From NCBI RefSeq assembly GCF_009914755.1, contig NC_060936.1: a stretch of DNA of 64,000 nucleotides; one strand, 5' to 3'. Positions within the stretch are counted from its first letter, which is position 1, and each line of letters begins with the position of its first letter. A model generated the notes under the pieces. That model saw nothing but the letters and a program-made list of their open reading frames with translations. It searched no databases and was not told where the DNA came from. Of this stretch, positions 38,113-54,204 are shown piece by piece. A program made the translations under genes and the position numbers. The stretch comes from the human T2T-CHM13v2.0 reference genome, Homo sapiens.

Positions 38113-39512
38113 GGAGTGGCTGGAGTGGCAGCTGGGCAGCAAGACTAACTCTGGATCCACCAGGCCAGGTGTCGTGTACAGAGGCTGGGGCAGCCATCCC
38201 CAACTCCAATGCCCAGTGCCCAGCACACCAGCACTTTCTGGTGATGTTGCACATTTATGGTGATTCTGAGTGTGGGAGCAGACTTCTGCCAGGCTTAGCA
38301 CAGCATTTTCACCGACAAATGAGCTTTGAGGTTCTACGTGCTGTCATTAATACTACCTTGAAAACTCTAGACACCAAGACTGGCCTCAGAAATAGATACC
38401 TTTTTAAAAAAATTGCAAGTATATTTCTTTTAACGATTCCAGTAAAATTAAGCATCAAGTAAACAAAAGTGGAAAGTGACCTACACTTTAAACTTGTTGA
38501 ACTAAATGTAATAAAGGCTGCTTAAGTTTTTTATGTCCTTGGATTTTTTGGAGTCCAGAGGTGTCCATCTGCAGAAATTGAGGCCCAAGTTGAATTTGGA
38601 TTCCAGTGGATTCTGAACAATTCTGCTTATCTTGAAGACAGAAGCTTCATAAGGAATAGACAAGTTAAATAGAAAAAACACTGATCAATAGGCAGTTTAG
38701 TGATCTAAAAATAAAACATTAAAAAGTTTTCTGCTGTGAAACATTTCAAGATTTATTGATTTTTTTTCACTTTCCCCATTACACTCACACACATGCTCAC
38801 ACTTTTTCTTTGCCATAATGGACTGTTCAGCCCCTGTGGAGATTTACAGGAACATGCATTTTCTCATAACCCACAAGTCTACCAGTGCCACTGCAACAAG
38901 TTCACAGAGGAATGTGAGACGTGTGGAGTGACACCTTTGGTTTGAGTTTGTGATGCTACATTTGGTAAAGTTCCAGTTGAAAAAGAAGGAATCCATATTT
39001 TAGATTGGTCTTTTGACGATGAAGCTCCACCACCTAATCAGATAGCAGATGACTGGCTAAACCTGTTAATCACTAAAGGGCGTGAAAAGCCAGGTTGCTG
39101 CCTTGCAGTGCATTGTGCTGTGGGATTGGGAAGGGCACCTGTGCTGGCAGCGCTTGCTTTGAATATGGAATTAAGTATGAAGATGCAGTTCAGTTTATAA
39201 GACAAAAAAGAAGGGGAGCATTCAATTCCAAACAGCTGCTTTACTTGGAGAAATGCCGACCTAAGGTGCAATTACACTTCAGAGATACCAGTGGGCATTG
39301 CTGTGTTCAGCAGAAATGTAAATGAAGACCGGCTGGATTGTGGCATTTTAGAGGAACTCTTAGTACTTGGAAATGTGAATCTGGAGTCTTACCTGTATCA
39401 TCCAAGTAGTGATAGACTCAGTACTCAGCCACTCTCCCAATAGCTGGAAAAATGCAAACAAAAAAAGAAATCCCTCTATAAAATCAATAAAATGTTTAAG
39501 AAAAGAAAAAAA
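38113..39512 (+). pseudogene. Processed pseudogene of a PRL phosphatase, PTP4A2-type
   Basis: Intronless 5' UTR and broken CDS 38818-39313 with [12 protein letters not shown] and [27 protein letters not shown]...DTSGHCCVQ; frameshifts; AATAAA 39486; A-rich tail; TSD-like AAAATTGTGTCTAGG 38099 / AAAATTGTATCCAAG 39519. Confidence 0.92.
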
Positions 39513-39569
39513 TGAGATAAAATTGTATCCAAGATGACAATGGGATCTTTATATATATATATATATATA

Positions 39570-40165
39570 TAATTGTGAAGTGACTGACACAATCAAGCCA
39601 GTGAATGTATCCATCACCTCACATAGTTACCCTTTAGGTATGTGTGATTAGGGTATTTCAGGCTTACTCTAAGTGAATTTCAAGCGTACAACATATTATT
39701 AACTGTCGTCACCATGCTGTCCATTAGGTCTCCAGAATTTATTCATGTTATAACTGCAAGTTTGTTCTCTTTTTAAAACATTTGACCAACATCTCCTCAT
39801 TTCCCCCACTTGCCACCTGACCTCTGGTAACCACTCTTCCACTGTTTCTATGAGTTCGACTTTTTAAGATTCCACATCTACGTGAGATCGTGTAGTATCT
39901 TCTTTCTGTATCCGTGTATTTCTATGTGTATTTCACTTTGCATAATGTCCTCCAGGCTCATCCATGTTGTAGTAAATCACAGAATTTTCTCCTTTTTTGA
40001 GGCCAAGTAATATTCTATTGTGTACGTATACCACATTTTCTTTATCTTTTGATAGATGCTTAGGTTGTTTCTACATCTTCACTATTGTGAATAATGCTGC
40101 AATGAACAGGGGAGTGCAGATATCGCTGAGATATCTTTTAATTTTATTTATTTTGGATATATACT
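39570..40165 (-). mobile_element. Old L1 3' end (L1MA/MB-like)
   Basis: CATCACCTCACATAGTTAC and CTATTGTGAATAATGCTGCAATGAACA motifs. Confidence 0.75.
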
Positions 40166-40700
40166 GCTATGATTTGAATGTCTATGCCCTCTGAAAATTA
40201 CGTTGCAACTAACCCCCATTGTAACAGTGTTAGGAGAGTGGGAAAGCTGCCTATGGCAATTGAGAGGTGGGACCTTTGGGAGGTAACTAGGATTAGATGA
40301 GCTCATGAGGGTGGGCATTAGTGGCTTTATAGGAAGAGAAAGAGAGAAATGGGCTCGGCTGCTTGATCCCCCTTCACAGTGTGCACCCTGGACTGACCTG
40401 GGGCTCTGCAGAGAGTCCTGCTAGCAAGGAAGTCCTTACCAGAAGTGTCCCTCAACCTTGGACTTCCCAGTCTCCAGAACTGTAAGAAATAAATTCATTT
40501 TCTTTATAAATTATTCAGTGTCAGGTATTCAGTTACAGCAATAGAAAATAAACTAAGACAGAAAATTGGTACTGAGGAGTGGGGCTGTTGCTAATAATAA
40601 ATCCTGAAAATGTGGAAGTGGCTTTGGAACTGGGTAATGGGCAGAGTTTGGAAGAGTCTGGAGGAGCAGGTTAGAAAAGGCCTAGATTCTGGTGAGGGAT
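40165..40700 (+). mobile_element. MST-type LTR plus start of MaLR internal sequence
   Basis: TGCTATGATTTGAATGT...AACTAAGACA then GAAAATTGGTACTGAGGAGTGGGG. Confidence 0.75.
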
Positions 40701-40736
40701 TGTCTCAAAAAAAAAAAAAAAAAAAGAAGAAGAAGT

Positions 40737-41547
<811 letters not shown>

Positions 41548-42118
41548 GTATTTGGATATCCGGTTTCCTCACGCTATTTATTGAAGCGACTGTCCTTTCC
41601 CCATCGTGTATTCTTGACACAAGATTAGTTGACTTGCCTAAGATTAGTTGACTGTATATGCATGGGGTTATTTCTGGTTTTTCTACGCTGTTCCACATTG
41701 GTCCATGCGTCTGTTTTTATGCTAGTACTTCACTGGTGACTTCTACCTCTGGGAATAAATATAAGAATTCTCTAATCACTGGATGTTTGAAGCAATTCAC
41801 TAAGCAACTCATTATGATGCTTTCTGGCAAAGGATCTCTGAATTTGTCTTCAAATTGTGGATAAAATTGGGTCAAATTTGGCCCATCTTGTCCTGGAGAA
41901 TCATTTGTGTCACAAATAATCAAATTTATTAGTATAGAGCGGATTTTCATTCAATTTCCTATGTGTCTATGGTTATTTCTCTTTTTTCATCTCTCTCCTC
42001 CATCTCCCCGGCCCCATCTTGCTGTCATAAGCATCGTGACTTACCTATAATTCTCCCTACGACTCCAGTTATGGATCAACTTTACTTTTTTCTGTTAATT
42101 CTTACCTTCTTTCCATAA

Positions 42119-42241
<123 letters not shown>

Positions 42242-42297
42242 TGAGCTCAGGAGTTCGCGACCAGCCTGGGCAACACGGTGACTCCCCGTCTCTACTA

Positions 42298-43270
<973 letters not shown>

Positions 43271-46200
43271 TTAAAGCGCTGGGGTTACAGGTGTGAGCCA
43301 CCATTCCTGGCCGTGTATTTTTTAATGGTTATATTTATTGACTGTTTTAAATTTTTTAAGTGACTTTTGCTTTTGGTATGGTGTAGCGAAATCTCCCCTC
43401 AAATTATACATATATTCATTCACCTGTGGTTTTTTTTTGTAGACATTCTTAGGGTTTCCATTATTTTAAAATTTAACCCACTGAAAGTAGTTGTATGAAA
43501 TAGCTACGTTTATTTTCTTTCAAATATTCTTGTATTCATTAAATAATTTAATTTTACTGATGGCTTTGAAATGCTACATTTATTGCATGCTGACTCTTGC
43601 ATATTTAGACAGTTCTGCTTTTTTTCATCTGTATAACTTCTCTGGAGCCAGTGTCAAATGTTATAATGATTATAATTTGTATGTATTACAGTGGGCCTGT
43701 TCACACTCATTATTTTGTATTTCCAAAAGCATCCAGGCCCGGTGTGGTAGGGCATGCCTGTAGCCCCAGCTACTCTGTAGGTTGAGGTAGGAGGATCACT
43801 TGAGCCCAGGAGTTCAGGGCTGCAGTGAGCTATGGTTATGCCATTGCACTTCAGCCTGGACAACACAGTAAGACCCTGTCAAAAAAAAAAAAAAGTGTCC
43901 GAATTGTTCTTGAACCTTTTTTCTTACACATAAACTTTAGAATTTTGAGATTCTGATTGGAGTCGAATGAGTTATATAAATCATTTGAGGTCAAATTATC
44001 TTCACAATCTGAAGTCTTCCTATCCCAGAATAAAATCGAATTATAAATTTCTTTAATTCTATTTTTATAGTTCTCATTGGTGTTTTTAGTATGCTTCATA
44101 TGGGTCTTGATATTCCTACATATTTTATGTATTTTGTCAATTATGAGTCGGATTTTATTTTTTTGTTATTTTATGTGGGTTGTTTATATCTTACAGAAAT
44201 AAGGTTATTGACCTGGAAAGATGTTCTTCACATAATGGGAAAAAAACAAAAACAGCTTTTAAATATGACCATATGCTTCCATTGTATGAAAAATATCACA
44301 ATAGTTTCCATCATCCTAAGAATGGTTACCTGTGGTGAGATCATAGATAATAGTTCTTATTTAGCTTGTGTATGTTTTTTATATTTTGCCATCATATATT
44401 ACTTTTATAATAATAATTATAGCTAGTATATGTTTCGTATGACTGTGTGCCAGCTTTTGTTCTAAGATTTATGTATTATCACAATTTAAGGTATAAAGGA
44501 GTCATTTCTTGTATAACTGGGAGAAACTGCTGTGTGTTTCTGAGTTGGCACTGAAGTTTGAACCACAAAAAGGCATGAAAAAGAAAGTGCTGCTTGTTAG
44601 TGTGATACAGTTGAGGCAGGGCGTCCTTCATTTATATTTTTGTGGGAATTAGTGACTGAATGTGTGCATGGGAATAGGAGCTGACTCCAGGATTTATGTT
44701 GTGTGTGTTTGTGCATGTAGATATGCACAAATGACAATATGACTTTAGTATTCATGCTTTGAACATAGCAGGATAGAGAATTAACATTTGAATTTTGCTA
44801 CTTACTAAATGTGCAATCACAGGCACATTTTACAATCACTCATTGTCCCAGTTTTCTCTCTGTAAAATGGAGATTATGTTAAACGCCTTATAGGGTTGTG
44901 CATGAGTTAAATTTAAAATGCTTAGTATATTGTCTCACATACAGAAAGCACTGGAATGTTAGCTGTAACTGTTATTACAAGGCCCCGGTCGCTTTCCTTT
45001 TAACACCTCATTTGTTTCTTAGACTCCCATTGTGAGGTCCACTTTATCTTCACCATTTTAGCAAGTACAGAAATTGAGGCTTTGAAGGCAAGAAAGGAGG
45101 GGGGAAAAACAGTAACCACAATAAACATTAAATGTATTCAATTTGTCAGTTAAAAGACACACTGTTGGTTTGGATTTTTTTTTTTTTTTTGAGATGGAGT
45201 TTCCCTTTTGTTGCACCAGGCTGGAGTACAATGGCACGGGCTGCAACATCCACCTCCCAGGTTCAAGCAACTCTTCTGCCTCAGCCTCCCAAGTAGCTGA
45301 GCTTACAGGCGCATGCCACCACGCCTGGTTTATTTTTGTATTTTTAGTAGAGATGGGGTTTCATCATGTTGGTCAGGCTGGTTGAACTCCTGACCTCAGG
45401 TGATCCATCTGCCTTGGCCTCCCAAAGTGCTGGAATTACAGGCGTAAGCCATCGCTCCTGGCCAATTTGGATTTTTTTTTTTTTAAACACCAATAAATTT
45501 GAGCTCTGAGCTGCTTATAAGGGACAAAGATAATGATGCTAAGATTTTTAGTGTAGTTGACCAGATGATAACATACCACGTAAATACCAAAAGAATGCTG
45601 AAGCCAGGTGTGGTGTTGTATGCCTATAATCCTAGCACTCTGGGAGGCTGAGGTGGGAGAATTGCTTGAGCCCAGGAGTTTGAGACTATCCTGGGCAGCA
45701 TAGCGAGATCCTGTCTCTACAAAGAAAAAAAATACAAAAACAGTTAGCTGGGCATGGAGGCACACAAACCTGTAGTTCCAGCTACGTGGGAGGCTGAGGC
45801 AGGAGGATCCCTTGAGCCTGGAGTTCAAAGTTGCAGTGAGCTCTGATTGTGCCACTGCATGCCAGCCTGGGTTAGGGAGCAAGACCGTACCAAAAAAAAA
45901 AAAAAAAAAAAAGAATGCTGATGTTGCAGACTTCATCTAAGATAAAATAGATTTTAAGGCAAAAAGCATTATTGGGGGTATGAAGCGTTGTTACACAATG
46001 ATTTTTTAAAACCCCTATTTAACCTTGACGCATCAAACAACATAGCCATAAGCATATAATCCAAACATCAGCAGAATTATAAGGAAAAACTGACCAATCT
46101 CTAGTCATATTGTGAGATTTTAACCCATTTCCTTCTGAAATGGGTAGACAAAAATGGCAGACAAAAGTTAAGGATATATTAATAGAAGATTTTAATAGGA

Positions 46201-46789
46201 AATTAGGCTCAGAATGGTGAAATTTGTTTGTTTTTGCCAAAAGTCATCTAGCTGGTAAAGGAAAAAGTTGATTGAAACTCAAATCTGTTTTAATACAGAT
46301 CATATAAACTGTGTTTTTCCTAACAGCACCTGTTAAACTGATTTGCATTTCAGCATTCACAGTGAATATTGAGTGAATCTCACAATTACTTTATTTCTGA
46401 TATTTCCTTATCTGTTTGCAGAGACCTAGGCTTCCATTGTTCCATTTTACTATATTCTGTTTCCCTGAGAGTGCTGTTTCAGTTATATAGCAAGCGTACC
46501 TCTGGCCTTAGATGATCGTGAATTCCAAGTTCCTAGCAAGAGAGAAAGAGATTTCATGTGCAATGTGAATATACCAGTTGAAGTACATTTCTCCCGAAGT
46601 CCACAGATCCTGGTCCCTACAAATAAGCCTGCTCATGTGAGATAAGAAAGGAGTTCCTGGAACCAGGAATTCATTCTCAGTGTAGAAGACCTAGCTGAGA
46701 CCTCACTCCACAGTTTTGGGGCAGAAGCAGAAGAGACGCACAGTAGAACCGATCTCAGCCTTGCTGATCATCTCGTACAGCAGCAGAAA

Positions 46790-46804
46790 ATGACCATGTT
46801 ACAG
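46790..46804 (+). CDS. ZNF84: ZNF84 first coding segment (MTMLQ), end of an exon starting near 46600
   Basis: aaaATGACCATGTTACAG|gtgagt; phase-0 join to the KRAB-A exon gives [13 protein letters not shown]. Confidence 0.88.
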
Positions 46805-47217
46805 GTGAGTTGATTGTTGAGTTCTTATTTTTTCCCAGGGAATTAGAAGAAATGTATAAGCCTTCCGGTGAAAAAGAAAAGTTTAAATAGTTAAGAAATC
46901 AGAGGAAAATAGCCTCAGATGATCAGGATTGGAACAAAATTGGCACAGTGATATATTAACTACTGGACCATGACAGGTTCTTAGGATTGAGTATTTATAG
47001 CATATTTAAAGCCATAACATCTTACATAATTACTGCATTTGAGCTGCAAACTTTGTTTTCAAATTTTTGGTAGTCGTAATAGAGAAATGTGAGCTTTTAT
47101 ATGCTTTGCATCGTTTAAAGGTAAAAGCAAACTGATTGCCCATAGGAAGTAAATATTTCTTGGTTATCGGGTGTCCATTTCTTTTTCCTTGATGAAGTCT
47201 TATGAATGAGAGATATG

Positions 47218-47954
47218 CAGTAGTTCCTCCTTATCTGCAGTTTTGCTTTTTGCAGTTTCAATTTTCCAATTTCCCATGGTTTGAAAATATTAAATAGAAA
47301 ATTTCAGAAATAAGCAATTGGTAAGTTTTAAATTGCTTCCTGTTCTGAGTAGCATGATGAACTCTTGCACCATCCCACCCAGGACCTGCCTCATCCCTTG
47401 GTCCAGCAGATCCATGCTGTATATGCTGCTTACCTGTCAGTCACTTAGTAGCCATCTGAGGTGTCAGATCAGCTCATGGTATTGCAGTGCTTGTATTTTA
47501 GTAGCCCTTATTTTACTTAATAATGGCTCCTAGACATAAAAGTAGTGATGCTAGTAATTCGGATATACCAAAGAGAAGCTTTAAGTGAACAGGTGAAAGT
47601 TCTCAACATAACGAAAAATACAGGCTGAGGTTGCTAAGATCTACAGTAAGAACAAATCTATTCATGAAATTGTGAAGAAGGAAAAATAAATACATGCTAA
47701 TTCTGCTGTCACACCTCAAACTGCAGAAGTTATAGTCTCAGTGTGTGGTAACTTGTATTACACTATGTTGTCATAATTGTTCTATTTTATTATTGTTGTT
47801 TATTTTTTACTGTACCTAATTCATAAACTGAACTTCACCATAGGTATGTATGTGTAGGAAAAAAGCGTAGGCTTTATAGGGTTTGGTTCTATCTGGTTTC
47901 AGGCATCCACCGGAGTCTTGGAACATCTCCTTTGTGGATAGGTGGGGGCTACTG
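47218..47954. mobile_element. MER44 (Tigger-derived) DNA transposon fossil
   Basis: Terminal inverted repeats CAGTAGTTCCTCCTTATCTGCAG and TGTGGATAGGTGGGGGCTACTG about 735 bp apart. Confidence 0.75.
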
Positions 47955-48373
47955 TGGTGGGTAATGTTCTCTAGAGAAACGCTAATAAACGCATGAACCT
48001 TACGGCATTTTTCATAGCGTTCTTCAGAGTATGTCCCAAGGGTGGAATGCCAGAGCAGGACTTCATGACCATAATTATTTACTTTTTACCTTTTTAAACT
48101 GTAAGGCCTAATTTACATGCAGAAAAGTATGTTTTAAAAAATACAGTTTGATGAATTGTTATCAGTGGAATATGCATGAAATCACCACTCAGATCAGGAA
48201 ATAGAATATTCTTAGCCCAGATGAGTCCCTTCATGTGCCCTCTCCCAGTCGTCACAACCTCTTCCTCCTGACAGAGGTAACCAGGATCCTTTTTTGGTCT
48301 CCATTTCCTGACTTTATAGTTCTGCTCCTATCTGTGCGTTCTTAAACACTATATTTGATTTTGTCTGCTGTAG

Positions 48374-48610
<237 letters not shown>

Positions 48611-48973
48611 TGAGTAGCTGGGACTACAGGCGCACGCTCCCACGCCTGGCTAATTTTTTGTATTTTAGCAGAGACGGGGTTTCACTGTGTTGCCCAGGCT
48701 GGTCGCGAACTCCTGAGCTCAGGCAATCCGCCTGCCTTAGCCCCCCAAAGTGTGTGAGCCACTTACAGGTGTGAGCCACTACGCCTGGCCAACATTTTTT
48801 AAATGATCATTGCATAGATGGATTATTTCATTGGGAGTTGCAAAATGGTGACAGGTTACTTTGATCATTTCTTCTTGATCAGCTAGAACACTGCTTTCCA
48901 GCATTTCAGAATCTATCAAGGCACAGGTTTAATCTTTTTGTCCCAGACCTGCCGTTAGCCATTTCTACAGTAA

Positions 48974-49237
<264 letters not shown>

Positions 49238-50017
49238 TAATTCTTGTATTTTTTTTTTTTTTTCCAGTAGAGATGGGGTTTCACCATATTGGTTAGGCTT
49301 GTCTTGAACTCCTGACCTTGTGATCCACCCGCCTCGGCCTCCCAATTACAGGTGTGAGCCACCACGCCTGGCCAGGAATTTCTTAAGCTTACTTATTAGT
49401 TCTAATGATTTTTCTTTAGATTTGATTAGATTTTTCATGTTAACAAAAACATCAGCAATAACTTTTTTTTTCTTTTTGTTTTAAGAGACATGGTCTCACT
49501 CTGTCACCCAGGCTAGAGTGCAGTGGCACAATCATAGCTCACTGCAGCCTTGAACTCCTGGAATCAAACATGCCTCCCACCTCAGCCTCCCAAGTAGATG
49601 GGACTACAGGCACCTACTACTAAGTACAGCTAGTTTAAATTTTTTTTTTTTTTTTGGTAGTGACAGGTTCTCACTATATTGCCCACGCTGGTCTGGAACT
49701 CCTGGCCTCAAACAATTCTCCTGCCTCACCCTATCAAATAGTTGAAATTATAGGCATGAGCCAGCACACCTGGCCAGATCATTTTAAGTAAATGTTTGGA
49801 AGAATCACCACTAAAACTACATAGATCTTGCATTTTTTTTGAGGGAAAGTTTTAAAATTGTGGGATCAGTTTCTTTAGCAGTTACAGGATTAATTCAGAT
49901 TTTGTTTCTTCTTGTTACTTTGGGTTCATTGTTTTTCAAAGAATATAGCTATTTGGCCAGGTGTGGTGGCTCACACCTGTAATCCCAGCACTTTGGGAGG
50001 CCGAGTAGGGTAGATCA

Positions 50018-50263
<246 letters not shown>

Positions 50264-50572
50264 TTAAGTTGTCAAGTATGTTGGCACAAGTTTGTAATAT
50301 CTTTTTAACAGCTTTATTGAAGTATGACCTCAATAAGATCCACCATTTTAATGTATAATTCATTGATTTTTAAGTAAACTTATGCTGTATAACCATCATC
50401 ACAATCTAGTTTTAGAAGATTTTCCTCACCCCAAAACAATCTTTGTGACATTTTTGGTCAATTCCTCTTCCCACCCCAGCCTAAGACAATCATTAATTTG
50501 CTTACTCTCAGCTGGGCACGGTGGCTCACACCTGTAATCCCAGCACTTTGGGAGGCCGAGGTGGGTGGATCA

Positions 50573-50872
<300 letters not shown>

Positions 50873-52133
50873 TCACCTGAGCCCAGGAGGCAGAGGTTAC
50901 AGCGAGCTATAATTGTGCCACTGCACTGCAGCCTGGGTGACAGAGCAAAACTCTGTCTCAAAAAAGAAAGAAAGAAATTTGCAGTTATCTGAATTGCTGT
51001 TCCCTTTAAGTGATGTGATTTTTTTTCTTTCTGGCCATTTATGATGTGTCTGGGTATGGATTTCCTTATGTTTATTGCCTGGCATTCACTGAACTTCTTG
51101 AATTTTTTGGTTTATATATTTTGCCAGTTTTACAGAATATTCAGCTATCATTTCTTGAGACTTTATTTTCACCATGCTCTTTCTTTTCTCTTTCTGGGAC
51201 TCCTATGACACTCACATTAGAGTCTTTGGTATTATTTGATAGTGTCATGAGCTCTGTTCATTTTTAAGTCATTTTCTGTCTGTTCAAAACTGACAGTTTC
51301 TGTTGATCTGTCTTCAAATTCTCTGACTTCTCTTAAAGTATATTGTGTGCTGTGAGGGTCAAATTTATTTTTTGATTTTCTGGTGGCATTCTAGATTTTT
51401 AAAAGATGTGTGCTTGTGTTTTCTTTTTATCTTAGGAGACTTTGAGACAGAAATCCATCTTGATCCAAAATCTAGTCACCTTTCTAAAATCTGTTTGGTT
51501 CTATCATTCCCTTTCTTGTAAGGTCTTTGATGGCTAACTTGGCAACAAGAAAGTGTCCTAGCTAAGCTAACCACATTCTGCCCCAGCCCCACTGTGGCCT
51601 TTAATCTCATCACTATCCCATTCCCTATTATCCTGTCAGACTGATGTTTTTGTATCTCTTCAGTCCTCACAGTTTTTTTTTTTTTTTTTAAATCAGAGCT
51701 GCTGCCTCCCAGAATGTCTTTGCATCCTCTTTTTTTTGTGGAAAACAACTAATTTTCTAAAACCCATTTCAATTTTACCTTTTCCGTAGAGCCTAACTCT
51801 ACACTCAAATAGAGTGAAGTGCTGCCTGCTTTTTATCCACACTGTGCTCTCCTTTATTTCTTAGTTACTATAAGTTTATTTTATTTGTAAGTGCATATTT
51901 GCAGCCCTCTGTAAGACAATGCGACTTTTGAGAGTATTATTTTATTATTTTCCTTCTTGGTATTTTAGTGTATTGGTTTGTTTTTGAGATGGGGTCTCAC
52001 TCTGTCACTCAAGCTGCAGTGCAGTGGTGCAATCACAGCTCACTGACGCCTCGACCTCCCAGGGTCAAACAGTCTTCCCATCTCAGCCTCCCAAGTAACT
52101 GGGACTACTGGCATATGTCACCATACCCAGCTA

Positions 52134-52293
52134 ATATTTATATATATTTTATATTATATATATATGATATTTATATTATATATATTTATATATTATTTTT
52201 AATATAATTATATTATATATTATATTATTTTTAATATAATATTTATATTATATATTATATTATGTATTATATTATTTATATATATATATATAA
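52134..52293. repeat. AT-rich low-complexity expansion in the linker of an old Alu (51980-52400)
   Basis: About 160 bp almost entirely A/T between the two Alu arms. Confidence 0.9.
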
Positions 52294-52516
52294 TACAGGT
52301 CTCACTGTATTACTTAGTTTGGTCTCAAACTTTTGGGCACAAGTGATCCTCCCGCATTGGCCTCCAAAGTGCTGGGATTATAGGTGTGAGCCACCTTGCC
52401 TATCCTATTTTCTTTCTTTTGCTACTACCTCTTCCAGTGCCAAATTTGAGGTTCAGTAAAGATTTTATTGGTGGTTCAGGGGGTTTAAAGTCACCTATTC
52501 CAGTTTGCGTGTCTTC

Positions 52517-53074
52517 TGTGAAAGTTGTCAGAATCAAAATGGAGTCACTAGTGTTAATTTTTTTAACCCCTACAGGTAGAGCTTGGGAAGCCTGTGAAAA
52601 AAGTGTTCTCACACTTGCATGCCTGATAAAAATTATCACAAAAGACTGCAAAAGCCACAGCCTCGTACAAAGGCCATTGAAGCCTTACACAAAAAATACT
52701 TTTATTGGGACATCTGCCCAGCAGCTGCCTGTCCAGCTTTGGACTGGTGTCACCCTTGTTATTGATCTTTGTAGCCAAGGATAACTGTTTCAAAACAATT
52801 ATGTGATGCACCTCATTTTTTTCCTTTAAAAACTTTTGTCTTTCTTCCCATCTAAGTACTAACCAGGCCCGACCCTGCTTAGCTTCCGAGAACGGACGAG
52901 ACTGGGCGCGTTGAGGGTGGTATGACCGTACTGGCTGTAGACACCTTCGTCTTTCTTTACCTCCCTGGATACACATGTAGTTTACTATGGCACCTGTCTT
53001 CTCATGGCAGTACTCTGTTCCCAAACAAACATCATTTTCTTCTGGAGAGGCTCTCTTTAATCTTTAGGTTAACA
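52517..53074 (+). mobile_element. MER4-group ERV1 LTR carrying the 5S insertion
   Basis: TGTGAAAGTTGTCAGAATCAAAATGGAGTCAC start and TTTAGGTTAACA end. Confidence 0.7.
52846..52942 (-). pseudogene. 5S rRNA pseudogene, 3'-truncated
   Basis: Minus strand TACGGTCATACCACCCTCAACGCGCCCAGTCTCGTCCGTTCTCGGAAGCTAAGCAGGGTCGGGCCTGGTTAGTACTTAGATGGGA matches roughly the first 90 nt of 5S rRNA. Confidence 0.93.
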
Positions 53075-53151
53075 GTTGTATAAATGGAAGGATGGAAGAA
53101 TGCACAATGACATTTTATCACACAAAATATGCAAAGGTAGAGACATAGTAG

Positions 53152-53535
<384 letters not shown>

Positions 53536-53639
53536 TGACACCAAGAAAGTATTTGGGTCTCACCTTTCAATAATGAAGTTGTAAGTTTGTCATGCAGCCT
53601 CTGAAACTTAAGTAGTAATAGTTTGAGCAGTAGTGATAG

Positions 53640-53865
53640 CACCTAATGCATATAACTTACTATATGCCACATCTTATACCAAGTGCTTTACGTATATCAA
53701 CTCATTTAGTCATCAGAGCAATCCTATGTGGCAAGTACAGTCATTATCCATTTTTCCTGATGAGAAGATCGAGGCCAAGAGAGGTTAAGTAACTTTCCCA
53801 AGAACTAACAGCTAGTAAATTAAAGAGCCTGGATGTAAACCCAGGCTTACTGGCTCCAGAGCCTC
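53640..53865 (-). mobile_element. MIR SINE (a second copy at about 44780-44975)
   Basis: ATGAGAAGATCGAGGCCAAGAGAGGTTAAGTAACTTTCCCAAG core. Confidence 0.7.
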
Positions 53866-54057
53866 TGAAGTGTTCAGTGGCTTTGTACTAGACCCTATTA
53901 GCCACCAAGGGAGACCGTTACTGTAACTTTGAGAATTACTTACTCTGTTGGGGTACAGCTTCACCAGGCCAACTTTGATGTGAAACCTTGCTCAACTTTA
54001 GAGGCCCTAAACCCCAAGCAGTTGGGCCCAAGGCCTTTGTGATTTTTCCCTTAACAG

Positions 54058-54153
54058 GGTATGAAGTTATGAAACCAGATGTCATCTTCAAATTGGAGCA
54101 AGGAGAAGAGCCGTGGGTAGGAGATGGAGAAATTCCAAGTTCAGATTCTCCAG
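54058..54153 (+). CDS. ZNF84: ZNF84 KRAB-B exon (96 bp)
   Basis: taacag|GG acceptor and CAG|gtgagt donor; [32 protein letters not shown]. Confidence 0.95.
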
Positions 54154-54204
54154 GTGAGTGTATGAGAACCAGGCAGATGGGAGAGAGCAGAAGCCCCATG
54201 TCAT

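Noticed and set aside
39095-39325. 76-aa ORF carrying the PRL C-terminus as a possible functional microprotein
   Set aside because: Non-ATG start, catalytic motif in another frame, and the CAAX box is no longer terminal.
52846-52942. Functional 5S rRNA gene
   Set aside because: Lacks about 30 nt at the 3' end and the oligo-T terminator; single copy inside an LTR.
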